The notes below the pieces were generated by a model, which searched no databases, was not told the DNA's origin, and saw nothing but the letters and a program-made list of their open reading frames with translations. Position numbers and translations under genes: made by a program. This document shows, piece by piece, positions 39,974 to 48,455 of a stretch of 64,000 nt of DNA. This DNA is from Nitrososphaerales archaeon (GTDB taxonomy: Archaea > Thermoproteota > Nitrososphaeria > Nitrososphaerales > UBA213): NCBI GenBank assembly GCA_038868975.1, contig JAWCSA010000002.1, forward strand, positions 8,059-72,058, given 5' to 3'. Position 1 is the stretch's first letter. Every line of letters begins with the position of its first letter.

Positions 39974-42637
39974 TCAGCCTGAGACGCAGCTGCTCCAGCC
40001 GCACTCGATGCAGCAGTTGCATCCTTCTATGTATGCAATTTTACCATTGCATATAGGACATGGTTCCTCTTCATCCTTGTGTGGAACCATTTGCTTTGCA
40101 TAAGTATGACCATTCTTCGGTTTGAGTATCTTCTCAACCTCCGAATGTACAAACTTGTCCTTTACGTTGTTCATTATATAATCAACTACGTAATCGCTTG
40201 GAAGCACTTCAAAGTTCTTTTCTTTAGAGTCGCTTGTTATATGCAATACCTGTTGATGTCTTGAACCATCTCTGTACACAGTTACACCCTTGAGACCAAG
40301 CTCGTGTGCTAGTAGGTACGAACATTTTACGTCCTCTGCTGTAACATCATTTGGCATGTTTATCGTCTTTGCAATTGCATTTGTTATCCATTGCTGCCAT
40401 ACTGCCTGCGCCATCAGATGGTCTGCCCAGTGGATGTCCATTGCAGTAACGAAGACCCTCTGCATCCATTCAGGTATGCCGTCAAGATGACGTATAGATC
40501 CGTAGTTGTCCGATATTTTCTCCAAAAGTTCGTCACTATACAGACCATTCTCTTTCAGCACTTCATCGAATATCTTGTTTGTGTAGAAGAACCTTCCTAC
40601 AGTTACCCTCTTCTCGAATACGAGAGCAAATATTGGTTCTACACCGTTGGAGCAATCCGCAATCATAGATAGCGTTCCAGTTGGAGCAATTGTGGTTGTC
40701 TGCGAGTTCCTTATGCCAAAGCGCATTATCTTATCGATCAGCGAGTCCCAGTCATAGGAATGCTTGCTCTTTGGAAGCTCGTAGTATCCTGCAATAGGCA
40801 ATTTTCCATATACATAATCTGAATCATTAAACATTGGAAATGCTCCGCGCGTCCTTGCGAGCTCAACACTTTCTTCCATGCTATAATATGTCAAGGCTTC
40901 TGCTAGCTTTGACATCAGTTCATAGCCTTCCCTAGAGCTATATGGGATCTTTAGTTTGAAAAGAAGGTCTGCAAGTCCCATTATGCCCAAACCTATCCTC
41001 CTTGAAAGCTTGGAGGCAATATCGATCTCCGCTACTGGATACTTGTTTGCATCGATAACATTGTCAAGGAATCTGGTGGTTAATCTTATTATCTGCTCGT
41101 ATCGCTGCCAATCAAATTCAAACTCTCCATCGGCTCTGCGTTTTACAAGGTTTGCAAGGTTGATGGAGCCCAGATTGCATGACTCGTATGGATACAGGCT
41201 CTGTTCGCCACATGGATTTGTAGCCCTGATAAATCCTTGGGCTCTCTTCATGACGTTGTACCTATTCATGTTGTCGAAGAACAAAACGCCTGGCTCTGCG
41301 CTCTTCCATGCACTAAGAGCGATAAGGTCAATTAGCTGATTTGCATCTATATGCTTAACAATTGCCCCTGTTCTTGGATTTCTTAACGGATACTTGGACC
41401 TGTTCTTAATAGCATCCCAAAAGTCTTCCCATATGCCTACACTTACATTGAAGTTCTCAAACACCCCGGGTGTGGTCTTGGCAGTTACGAACCTTTCCAC
41501 ATCGGGGTGCCAAACCTCTAGGATGCCCATGTTTGCTCCTCTCCTCTTCCCGCCTTGTTTAACCACATCTGTTACCGTATCGATGATACGCATGAAGGAT
41601 GTTGGTCCTGATGCAACGCCAGATGTAGATGCCACCATATCGCCTTCAGGTCTCAGGTCGGAGTAGTTAATACCAACACCCCCACCAGATTTGAAGATGA
41701 GCGCAGCATCTGTAGACGACTTCATGATATGGTACATGTCGTCCTTCATATCCAGAACGAAACAGGCTGAGAGCTGCCCTAGCCTTGCGCCTGCATTCAT
41801 TAACGTTGGTGAATTGGGTAAGAAGTTTCCTTGAACCATTAGATCCTTGTATTCATCTACACGCTTCGCATATTCATCGAACTTTCCCTCTCCTAGCATC
41901 TGCAATAATTCAGTTGCAGTTACCTTCATCTGACCCTGTCCTGACAGATCCTTATAGATCGTCAGCATGGTTTCGACATGCCATTTGTTCAAAACATATG
42001 ATCCAATCTTGTATTTTTTGTCGAATTCATCTATACGTTGCATGTATTCTGTTATCTCTTCTATGTTCTGTTTCACACCAGCCTTAAGACCAAATATTCT
42101 AGCATCCCGCATCAGGTCTGGTATAGTAATTGTTATTGCAATGCGTTCGAAGAGCTCCTTAGGGCTTTCAATTATCTTTCCATTGGCATCCCTTAACAGG
42201 TACCTAGACGCAAGCACACGCAACGAGTTGACGCTGAAAGCCTTGTCAACGTCGTCAAATGAGGTGCGCTCTAGGATCTTCATCTTCTCCTCTCTTATCT
42301 TGCGCCTCTCGTGCCGGTACAAAATATAGGACTTGGCTGTTTCGGAAAGACCCTCTTCTATAAGCACAGACTCGACGATATCCTGTACGTCCTCTACACT
42401 TGGCACAACGTTTTCATCATATCCCTGCTTCACAAGTCTCTGCACAACTTTAGCAGCCAATCTATCCGCCAACGGATAGTCAGCCCTCTTCGTGGCTACA
42501 AGAGCTTTATAGATCGCGTTAGAAATCTTCGAACTTTGAAAGTCTACGACTCGGCCATCACGCTTTCTTATCTTGCTGATTACTGTAGTTAAATCTGAAT
42601 TAAACACATCGGTCGTCAGTTCCCGCCATCCCCTCAT
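39974..42637 (-). CDS. nrdJ: Class II (adenosylcobalamin-dependent) ribonucleotide reductase with N-terminal ATP-cone and C-terminal Cys-rich tail
   Basis: ATP-cone KIRKRDGRVVDFQSSKISNAIYKAL, active-site block ATNPCGEQSLYPYESCNLGSINL, and tail CPICNG..CNCCIECG. Confidence 0.85.
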   Translation of the reverse strand: MRGWRELTTDVFNSDLTTVISKIRKRDGRVVDFQSSKISNAIYKALVATKRADYPLADRLAAKVVQRLVKQGYDENVVPSVEDVQDIVESVLIEEGLSETAKSYILYRHERRKIREEKMKILERTSFDDVDKAFSVNSLRVLASRYLLRDANGKIIESPKELFERIAITITIPDLMRDARIFGLKAGVKQNIEEITEYMQRIDEFDKKYKIGSYVLNKWHVETMLTIYKDLSGQGQMKVTATELLQMLGEGKFDEYAKRVDEYKDLMVQGNFLPNSPTLMNAGARLGQLSACFVLDMKDDMYHIMKSSTDAALIFKSGGGVGINYSDLRPEGDMVASTSGVASGPTSFMRIIDTVTDVVKQGGKRRGANMGILEVWHPDVERFVTAKTTPGVFENFNVSVGIWEDFWDAIKNRSKYPLRNPRTGAIVKHIDANQLIDLIALSAWKSAEPGVLFFDNMNRYNVMKRAQGFIRATNPCGEQSLYPYESCNLGSINLANLVKRRADGEFEFDWQRYEQIIRLTTRFLDNVIDANKYPVAEIDIASKLSRRIGLGIMGLADLLFKLKIPYSSREGYELMSKLAEALTYYSMEESVELARTRGAFPMFNDSDYVYGKLPIAGYYELPKSKHSYDWDSLIDKIMRFGIRNSQTTTIAPTGTLSMIADCSNGVEPIFALVFEKRVTVGRFFYTNKIFDEVLKENGLYSDELLEKISDNYGSIRHLDGIPEWMQRVFVTAMDIHWADHLMAQAVWQQWITNAIAKTINMPNDVTAEDVKCSYLLAHELGLKGVTVYRDGSRHQQVLHITSDSKEKNFEVLPSDYVVDYIMNNVKDKFVHSEVEKILKPKNGHTYAKQMVPHKDEEEPCPICNGKIAYIEGCNCCIECGWSSCVSG

Positions 42638-42691
42638 ACATATGAGAGAGCGTATAGTTAAGTCTTGCTAAGATTGTGTGTACTCTCATGG

Positions 42692-42710
42692 GTTAACAAA
42701 ATTTGTTTTC
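42692..42710. promoter_or_regulatory. Imperfect palindrome GTTAACAAAATTTGTTTTC in the nrdJ upstream region (candidate operator)
   Basis: The core AACAAA-a-TTTGTT is a perfect 6+1+6 palindrome, 55 to 73 nt upstream of the nrdJ ATG. It lies just downstream of a TATA-like TTTTTATTTA (minus strand, about 42720..42730). Confidence 0.3.
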
Positions 42711-42935
42711 GTGTAGTAAATAAAAATTTTACCGCACCTCCAGACGAATGATTTCGTCAGTTCTACAAATAACAGTATGGTCTGGTGAATGATGGAGATG
42801 AGTAATAGAACTTGAAGCTAAGCATTTACAAACAATATTACAATTAGCATAGAATTATCGTTAAATGAGCACATGTTTTCAGGACTAAATGTAGAAATAC
42901 AGAATAAAGAAGTAATTGTTTAATTTTGTTTTGTT

Positions 42936-45041
42936 TTATTGTGTTTGCAACATGTGTGGTGATTTACATGCAATACACTTGTCAACAGCTTCCATGCTCT
43001 TCTGACCACAGTTGCTGCAAACGTAAACCTTCGTCCTTGGTCTGAAAAATGCCAGCATATCTGCTGCACTTTCTATTGCCGTTTTTACATATGTGTTATT
43101 CATCGATGTGTCTATGTCCATGGTTACAGAAAGACCTCCATTAAGCAGTTTTTCCATTGCGTCGCATTCCTTTATTACCTCTGCGTCCTTCTTCATCGTG
43201 ATAATATCAGCTGCTGGTATGAACACTCCCTGTGAATAGAGGTTATCAATGTTAGTCTGCAATGTCTTACCGTACTTTTCCGTATCTAGAGCGGCAAATC
43301 TTGCAGCGCTGTCATCTATAATCATCGATATGCCCACCTCGTCACTGCCCTGCTTTCCCTTTTCAGTTGCAACGTCAACTGCTGTCTTGATAACCTTCTG
43401 CACCACCTCCAGACAACTATTGCTATCCTCGTAACCTAAGACGTTTGCAACCGATTCGTGTAAACCAACCAAGTTTACAAGCAAGTTAGCACTTCCCCTC
43501 TGCATGAACTGTGTTGTGTGTGCAAGCGTCGGCATCAGTCCCTTCCTTGTCATATCAGTAATTGTCTTCTTGCGCATAGAAAGTGCAGATACAGCTGGTT
43601 TAATCAAAAGAGCAAGCCTTGCCCTAAAATAGGTTTCGTCCTTGTTCGATTCATAAGCTAACCTTGGAAGGTTTATGGCTAGCGATTGTAACGACATTAC
43701 AGTACTTGATGTATGGCCGTTGAGGCTTTTTGATACGCCGATAAGGCTCCTAACTTGTTTTGGATCGCTCAGCAAACTAATCAATCCTCCGTTCCTAACT
43801 ATGCTAGAAACCCTATCTATGTAGTCATTTACAGCACCATTGCTGAAGGAAAGTCCGAGCCCGATTCGTGGTATAGGGGTCGAGTGTAGATACATTTCAT
43901 AACCCTTCAAAAGCGCATCTACCTGCTTCTTGTCTGCACCATCTAGAGCGATGCTCAGCGATGTAACTGGAAAAGTCTGGTTGTACGATGGGGCTCCAGA
44001 AGAGACCATGAGTGCCTTGGCAAACCTGTTAGATAATGAAGCATCGGTACTGCATCTTTGTAACAGGGGTATTATACCATCTATCAGTACCTCAGAGGAG
44101 GCCTCTCTGCTTAACATCTGGTTCAAGAGGGCAATGGAAGTGCAAAAGTCATCCACGTTCTTGATGGGACCTAACCTAGAAACACCCAAGAACTTGCCCT
44201 TCAGGTTTACTCCTTCTTCCGGCAGTTCGTTAATATCCATGAAGATTGCATCTGGTACCAGTTCCCAAATTCCGGGGTTTGAAATGTGTATATCGCCTGC
44301 AAGATGCTGATCTGCTATATCCTTTGGTAATGTATTGAAAACCAAGTATTCGGACAGTAAATTCTGCGCTGTTTTCACAAGTAAACTTTCTATTCCGTTT
44401 CTTACCTCTTCAACGTTATTCATCATCTCCGCAACATCAAAAACAGGCATGCCTATACGGGCAAGTTTATTTCTATACTCTTCGTGTCCATGCTCTATCA
44501 AAACAGCATTAACAATCTCCCTTATTAGAGGAGCAGTCAGGTACGCTGTTTGGAACTTGTAGATCTTGTTCTCAACCTCTTCAGTTATCTTCTGTGCCAG
44601 TTCCAGTGGCACGTTTGCCTCCCTAACCAATGACTGTATTATCTTATGAGAATTGAATTCTTCTATAGATTGGTTAGTGGTTCTGACATACATCTTTCCG
44701 CTCTCGATTATTGAGCGTTCTTCAATCTGCCTCGCAAGGCTCAACACCAACTTTCCAAGATTAGTTATTGTGTAACGTCTCTCTGCCTTGTTCAGGGCAA
44801 CAAGAGATTGACGAAGCAACTTGCGCAGGTGATATGCGAATTTCCCACTTTCCTTCTTTGACTTGAAGCCTGCTAGTGCTTTAAGCTCCGAATAAGTCAA
44901 GGGGCCCTTTGAGTTCAATATACGCAAAATATCTATCCTGTTAGGGCTTGCCATCACAGAGAATATCATACGAACACGTTTCGAAGCTGAATAAAGGACG
45001 TCGCTCTTCTTAGATTCCACAAAATCACTACTCAATTCCAT
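42936..45041 (-). CDS. wHTH (ArsR-like) + ATP-cone + class III RNR (NrdD)-like protein lacking a glycyl-radical C-terminus
   Basis: wHTH: PNRIDILRILNSKGPLTYSELKALAG...RRYTITNLGKLV. ATP-cone: MYVRTTNQSIEEFNSHKIIQSLVRE. NrdD-like blocks: HLAGDIHISNPG, SLAINLPRLAYES, ARFAALDTEKYG, YSQGVFIP, NGGLSVTMDI. The zinc ribbon is CSNCG-x10-CIAC, and the ORF ends 8 aa later. Confidence 0.65.
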   Translation of the reverse strand: MELSSDFVESKKSDVLYSASKRVRMIFSVMASPNRIDILRILNSKGPLTYSELKALAGFKSKKESGKFAYHLRKLLRQSLVALNKAERRYTITNLGKLVLSLARQIEERSIIESGKMYVRTTNQSIEEFNSHKIIQSLVREANVPLELAQKITEEVENKIYKFQTAYLTAPLIREIVNAVLIEHGHEEYRNKLARIGMPVFDVAEMMNNVEEVRNGIESLLVKTAQNLLSEYLVFNTLPKDIADQHLAGDIHISNPGIWELVPDAIFMDINELPEEGVNLKGKFLGVSRLGPIKNVDDFCTSIALLNQMLSREASSEVLIDGIIPLLQRCSTDASLSNRFAKALMVSSGAPSYNQTFPVTSLSIALDGADKKQVDALLKGYEMYLHSTPIPRIGLGLSFSNGAVNDYIDRVSSIVRNGGLISLLSDPKQVRSLIGVSKSLNGHTSSTVMSLQSLAINLPRLAYESNKDETYFRARLALLIKPAVSALSMRKKTITDMTRKGLMPTLAHTTQFMQRGSANLLVNLVGLHESVANVLGYEDSNSCLEVVQKVIKTAVDVATEKGKQGSDEVGISMIIDDSAARFAALDTEKYGKTLQTNIDNLYSQGVFIPAADIITMKKDAEVIKECDAMEKLLNGGLSVTMDIDTSMNNTYVKTAIESAADMLAFFRPRTKVYVCSNCGQKSMEAVDKCIACKSPHMLQTQ

Positions 45042-45305
45042 TTAACCTCTCTACTAATTTTGTTTGATTAAAGTAACTTTGTAAAAAATCTTTGCTATTT
45101 TGGACAATAAGTTTGATGTGTTCGTAACGTGCGCTACCATCCTATACATGCTGTTACAGTAAACTAGGCATTTACAACCAGTTTCTGCAGCTTAACATGG
45201 CGAATTTGCAGCCCTAGCGCTCTACAATGATGTTGGTAGCTTCTTCCAGTATCTCCATAGCATCATCTTTAATACGGGAAACATGACCTTGTTCTTTGAT
45301 GTCAT

Positions 45306-45327
45306 ATGTTGACAAATTTGTCAACAT
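45306..45327. promoter_or_regulatory. Perfect 22-bp palindrome ATGTTGACAAATTTGTCAACAT
   Basis: Read directly from the sequence; it is its own reverse complement. Further GTTGACA/TGTCAAC half-sites lie at 45524..45530 and 45619..45625. Confidence 0.5.
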
Positions 45328-45713
45328 GCGTGCGATATGCAAATACCGCCTTGATCGACGGTGTAACCTATCAACGGTCCTGCATCACTTTCCTAAGATC
45401 CGTTACTGACGAACAAAGGCAACTGAAAAATTGATTGCAATCGGTTATTATACCTATTCACGCTACAATCGGTTCAAAGGTCATTTTCAGATCCACGGCT
45501 AACTTGTAGACACTGCTGTTAACTGTCAACTTTGCCAGCATTTGCATGTAATTCCTTATTACTGAAAACATCTATCACTATCCGTTCCTGCACCCTCTTC
45601 TCAACTGTATGCAGTCTGGTTGACAGGTAAGTCTTGAAACCGTTGTGAAGAGAAGGGGAGTGCGATGGTCAATTTAGATGCACAAGCAACTGTGCTACAG
45701 TTTATCAATCTCA

Positions 45714-45875
45714 TTAGATCCGGTTAACGGAGACGCTGAAGTCCGTTGCCGACAGAACTTGGCCGCATGATGGGCATTTGTTGTTAGTAGGTCTAAGCAC
45801 GTCCTTGACTGGTTTGAGAATCCTCATTGTATAGATGATAGAGCCGCACTTACCACAAGTCACCTCTACAGACAC
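45714..45875 (-). CDS. 53-aa zinc-ribbon protein (CxxC...CxxC), GTG start
   Basis: Below the ORF-track cut-off. Sequence VSVEVTCGKCGSIIYTMRILKPVKDVLRPTNNKCPSCGQVLSATDFSVSVNRI. A TTTTATAA box lies about 25 nt upstream on the minus strand. Confidence 0.4.
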   Translation of the reverse strand: MSVEVTCGKCGSIIYTMRILKPVKDVLRPTNNKCPSCGQVLSATDFSVSVNRI

Positions 45876-45970
45876 AGCTTCCCCTACATTGGTAAGTTAT
45901 AAAAGGTTAGATTTGAATTATTTTTAATTAAGATGATAATTTCTTTAGATCTTCCCTTACTACTAAGCTT

Positions 45971-46807
45971 TCAAACTCTTGCTTTAATCAGTGCATAATC
46001 TATTATCCCTTTCTGGGCAATTTTATTCATGGCTAAAATCGACTTGAAGATAATATATTCTACGAAAGGTGAATACCTAGGAATTACTACGCTTCTGATA
46101 TGCTCTCTGTGTGATAAATAATAGTCTGCCAAGGGCTCATAGACATTCTTACCGATATATTGCACTTCTATGCTGTGAAAGCCAATAGACCCCAATAAAG
46201 CTGGTAATGCCAAGATATTATGGCGCTCAGAGGGCCAAGTGATGTTTAACAAGCCAAGATCCTTCTTGTCACCCCATCCAAGTCGTTCCTTTTTTATTCC
46301 CGGAACGGCAAGACCCAGTATGCCACTTGGTTTTATAATTCTGAAAGCATCCGTAAGGAATTTTCTTAGAGGGCTGAAGTGCTGTGCGCATTCCAGTGCT
46401 ATTATTCTGTCAACACAATTATCCTTTAATGGCAGGTTAAGAGCAGAGGCTTCCAAGGGATTCAAGTTGTTAGAACCTAAATCGTGATGATCTCTACCGC
46501 ATATATCTGCACAAACAATTTTGATGGGACTCAGCAAATTATGCCATAACATAGCAGGACCGCTTTTACCACTACCTACATCCAGCAAAATTTGATTTGG
46601 TTTTAGCTCTACAAACTTCAGCATCTTGTGGCAGAGTGCTATTTGGGCCTGTAAAGGATCCCTGCATCCGTTTTTCCAATACCCAAAGCTCAGCATTTCT
46701 CCTCGCGTTACTAACCCCATGAAATCCCTAAAGGTTTTGTAAAGGTGTCTGACATCCTTTTCTTGCCGCCTGTATGTCCAAAGCATAACATGTATAGGAT
46801 TTATCAT
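45971..46807 (-). CDS. Class I SAM-dependent methyltransferase
   Basis: Motif I LLDVGSGKSGP, plus downstream acidic and post-I blocks. Confidence 0.7.
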   Translation of the reverse strand: MINPIHVMLWTYRRQEKDVRHLYKTFRDFMGLVTRGEMLSFGYWKNGCRDPLQAQIALCHKMLKFVELKPNQILLDVGSGKSGPAMLWHNLLSPIKIVCADICGRDHHDLGSNNLNPLEASALNLPLKDNCVDRIIALECAQHFSPLRKFLTDAFRIIKPSGILGLAVPGIKKERLGWGDKKDLGLLNITWPSERHNILALPALLGSIGFHSIEVQYIGKNVYEPLADYYLSHREHIRSVVIPRYSPFVEYIIFKSILAMNKIAQKGIIDYALIKARV

Positions 46808-46829
46808 GAGATATCGAACTGAATTTGAT

Positions 46830-47195
46830 TTACTTATCCAATGATAGTATGATGCCCCTTTCGTCGTAGCCGACTATCTTTACCCTCGCGTTTATCGGTA
46901 AATTCTTTGGTGAATCAATTCCAGGCAAGAATCCAGAGATATTGAAGCCAGCATCCAATTTCATAACTACCCAAGCGTATGGCTTGTACTTTTCATATTC
47001 TTCAGGAGCAACGTTCTGTATGGTGTATGTTGCGACCTTACCTTTCCCATCCACTTGAACACTTTCCAGATCTTGAGAATTGCACTTGATACAGTAGATC
47101 GTTGTTGCTAACTGCAAGTTACCACATTTCTTGCATTTGTATGCTAAAACTTTACCATTCTTCAGCACTGTAAGGAACTGTTCCCTGCTGATCAA
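46830..47195 (-). CDS. DUF35 OB-fold / zinc-ribbon protein (thiolase-associated scaffold)
   Basis: CKKCGN...CIKC zinc ribbon followed by an OB-fold-like segment. It lies 2 bp downstream of the thiolase gene. Confidence 0.75.
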   Translation of the reverse strand: MISREQFLTVLKNGKVLAYKCKKCGNLQLATTIYCIKCNSQDLESVQVDGKGKVATYTIQNVAPEEYEKYKPYAWVVMKLDAGFNISGFLPGIDSPKNLPINARVKIVGYDERGIILSLDK

Positions 47196-47197
47196 TG

Positions 47198-48361
47198 CTA
47201 AACCCTTCTAAAGATGTGCACAGCACAGCTGGCGCCTGTTGCGCCAAAGTTATGTGTCATGCCAATTTCTGCATCTTTCACCTGTCGTTGACCAGCTCTT
47301 CCAAGCAATTGTTCATATGCCTCAACTACCTGTCCAATACCTGTTGCACCAATAGGATGTCCTTTTGATTTCAAACCGCCGGATGGATTGATTGTAACTT
47401 CGCCCTGATTTAATCTAGTTAAACCTTCTCTAACAGCCATGGCAGCCATTCCTTTGTCAAAGAATCCTAGATCTTCTATGTCAATCATCTCAGCAATCGT
47501 AAAGCAATCATGCACCTCTGCAAAGTCGATATCTTTCGGCGTTAGGTTAGCCTGTTTGTATGCCTGCTGGGCTGCAGCTCTCGTGCTAGGAATTGTTGTG
47601 GGGTCTTCTCTTCCCTGCACAGCAGCTGGGGATGCACCCCTTCCAGATCCAATTACTTCGATGTAATCTGCGTTGTGCTTCTTGGCAAATTCTTCCGTGC
47701 AAAGTATAACTGCGCTGGCACCATCAGAAAACGGACAGCAGTCAAGGAACTTTAAGGGGCTTGCTACCAAAGGAGATTTCATTACATCTTCAACTGTGAT
47801 CTTTTTCTGTACATGTGCTTTAGGATTTAGAATGCCATGCTCGTGGTTCTTTACTGCCACCATCGCCAGATCCTCTTCTGTTGCCTTGTACCTTGTTAAG
47901 TATGCTCTTGCAATTGAAGCAAACAATCCTGGGAATGATGCACCATTCCCGCCTTCATACAAAAAGTCCGAGCAGTATGAAAATAATGTAGTTGATCTTC
48001 CGGTTCCAGTGTGAGTTACCTTTTCAACACCGACAGCTAGAACCGCATCATAAAATCCGGCTGCAACATTAGCATATGCTTCCCTGAACGCAATTGATCC
48101 GCTACCACATGCAGATTCTATCGTTAAACCTGGAACGTGTGGTATTCCCAGATTACTCATTATAACAGGAGCCAGGTGCACCTGATTATCTGCCACACCG
48201 AAAACGTTCGAGATAAAACCATATTGAATATCCTTTGGATCCATCTTTGCACTCTTGATAGCGTCATTGGCAGCGCTTATTGCAAGTTCAACCACGCTTT
48301 CCTTCAACTTGCCATACTTGGTGCTACCAGCACCGATAACACAGACTTTGTTCACTACCAA
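47198..48361 (-). CDS. Thiolase (acetyl-CoA acetyltransferase)-like protein
   Basis: Active-site Cys in IESACGSGS, plus C-terminal GHPIGATG and NFGATGASCAVH. Confidence 0.8.
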   Translation of the reverse strand: MVVNKVCVIGAGSTKYGKLKESVVELAISAANDAIKSAKMDPKDIQYGFISNVFGVADNQVHLAPVIMSNLGIPHVPGLTIESACGSGSIAFREAYANVAAGFYDAVLAVGVEKVTHTGTGRSTTLFSYCSDFLYEGGNGASFPGLFASIARAYLTRYKATEEDLAMVAVKNHEHGILNPKAHVQKKITVEDVMKSPLVASPLKFLDCCPFSDGASAVILCTEEFAKKHNADYIEVIGSGRGASPAAVQGREDPTTIPSTRAAAQQAYKQANLTPKDIDFAEVHDCFTIAEMIDIEDLGFFDKGMAAMAVREGLTRLNQGEVTINPSGGLKSKGHPIGATGIGQVVEAYEQLLGRAGQRQVKDAEIGMTHNFGATGASCAVHIFRRV

Positions 48362-48455
48362 GCAATCCGCTCTGCCATATAAAAATGTAGAGAGCGAAAT
48401 CTTGTTATTATGACTACTCTAAAACTCTTTTAAGTTTAGTTGACCAAGTATCATC

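Noticed and set aside
42638-42935. A cobalamin riboswitch in the nrdJ leader.
   Set aside because: I could not see the conserved B12-box or a plausible multi-stem fold. Riboswitches of this class are not established in archaea, and a protein operator seems more likely.
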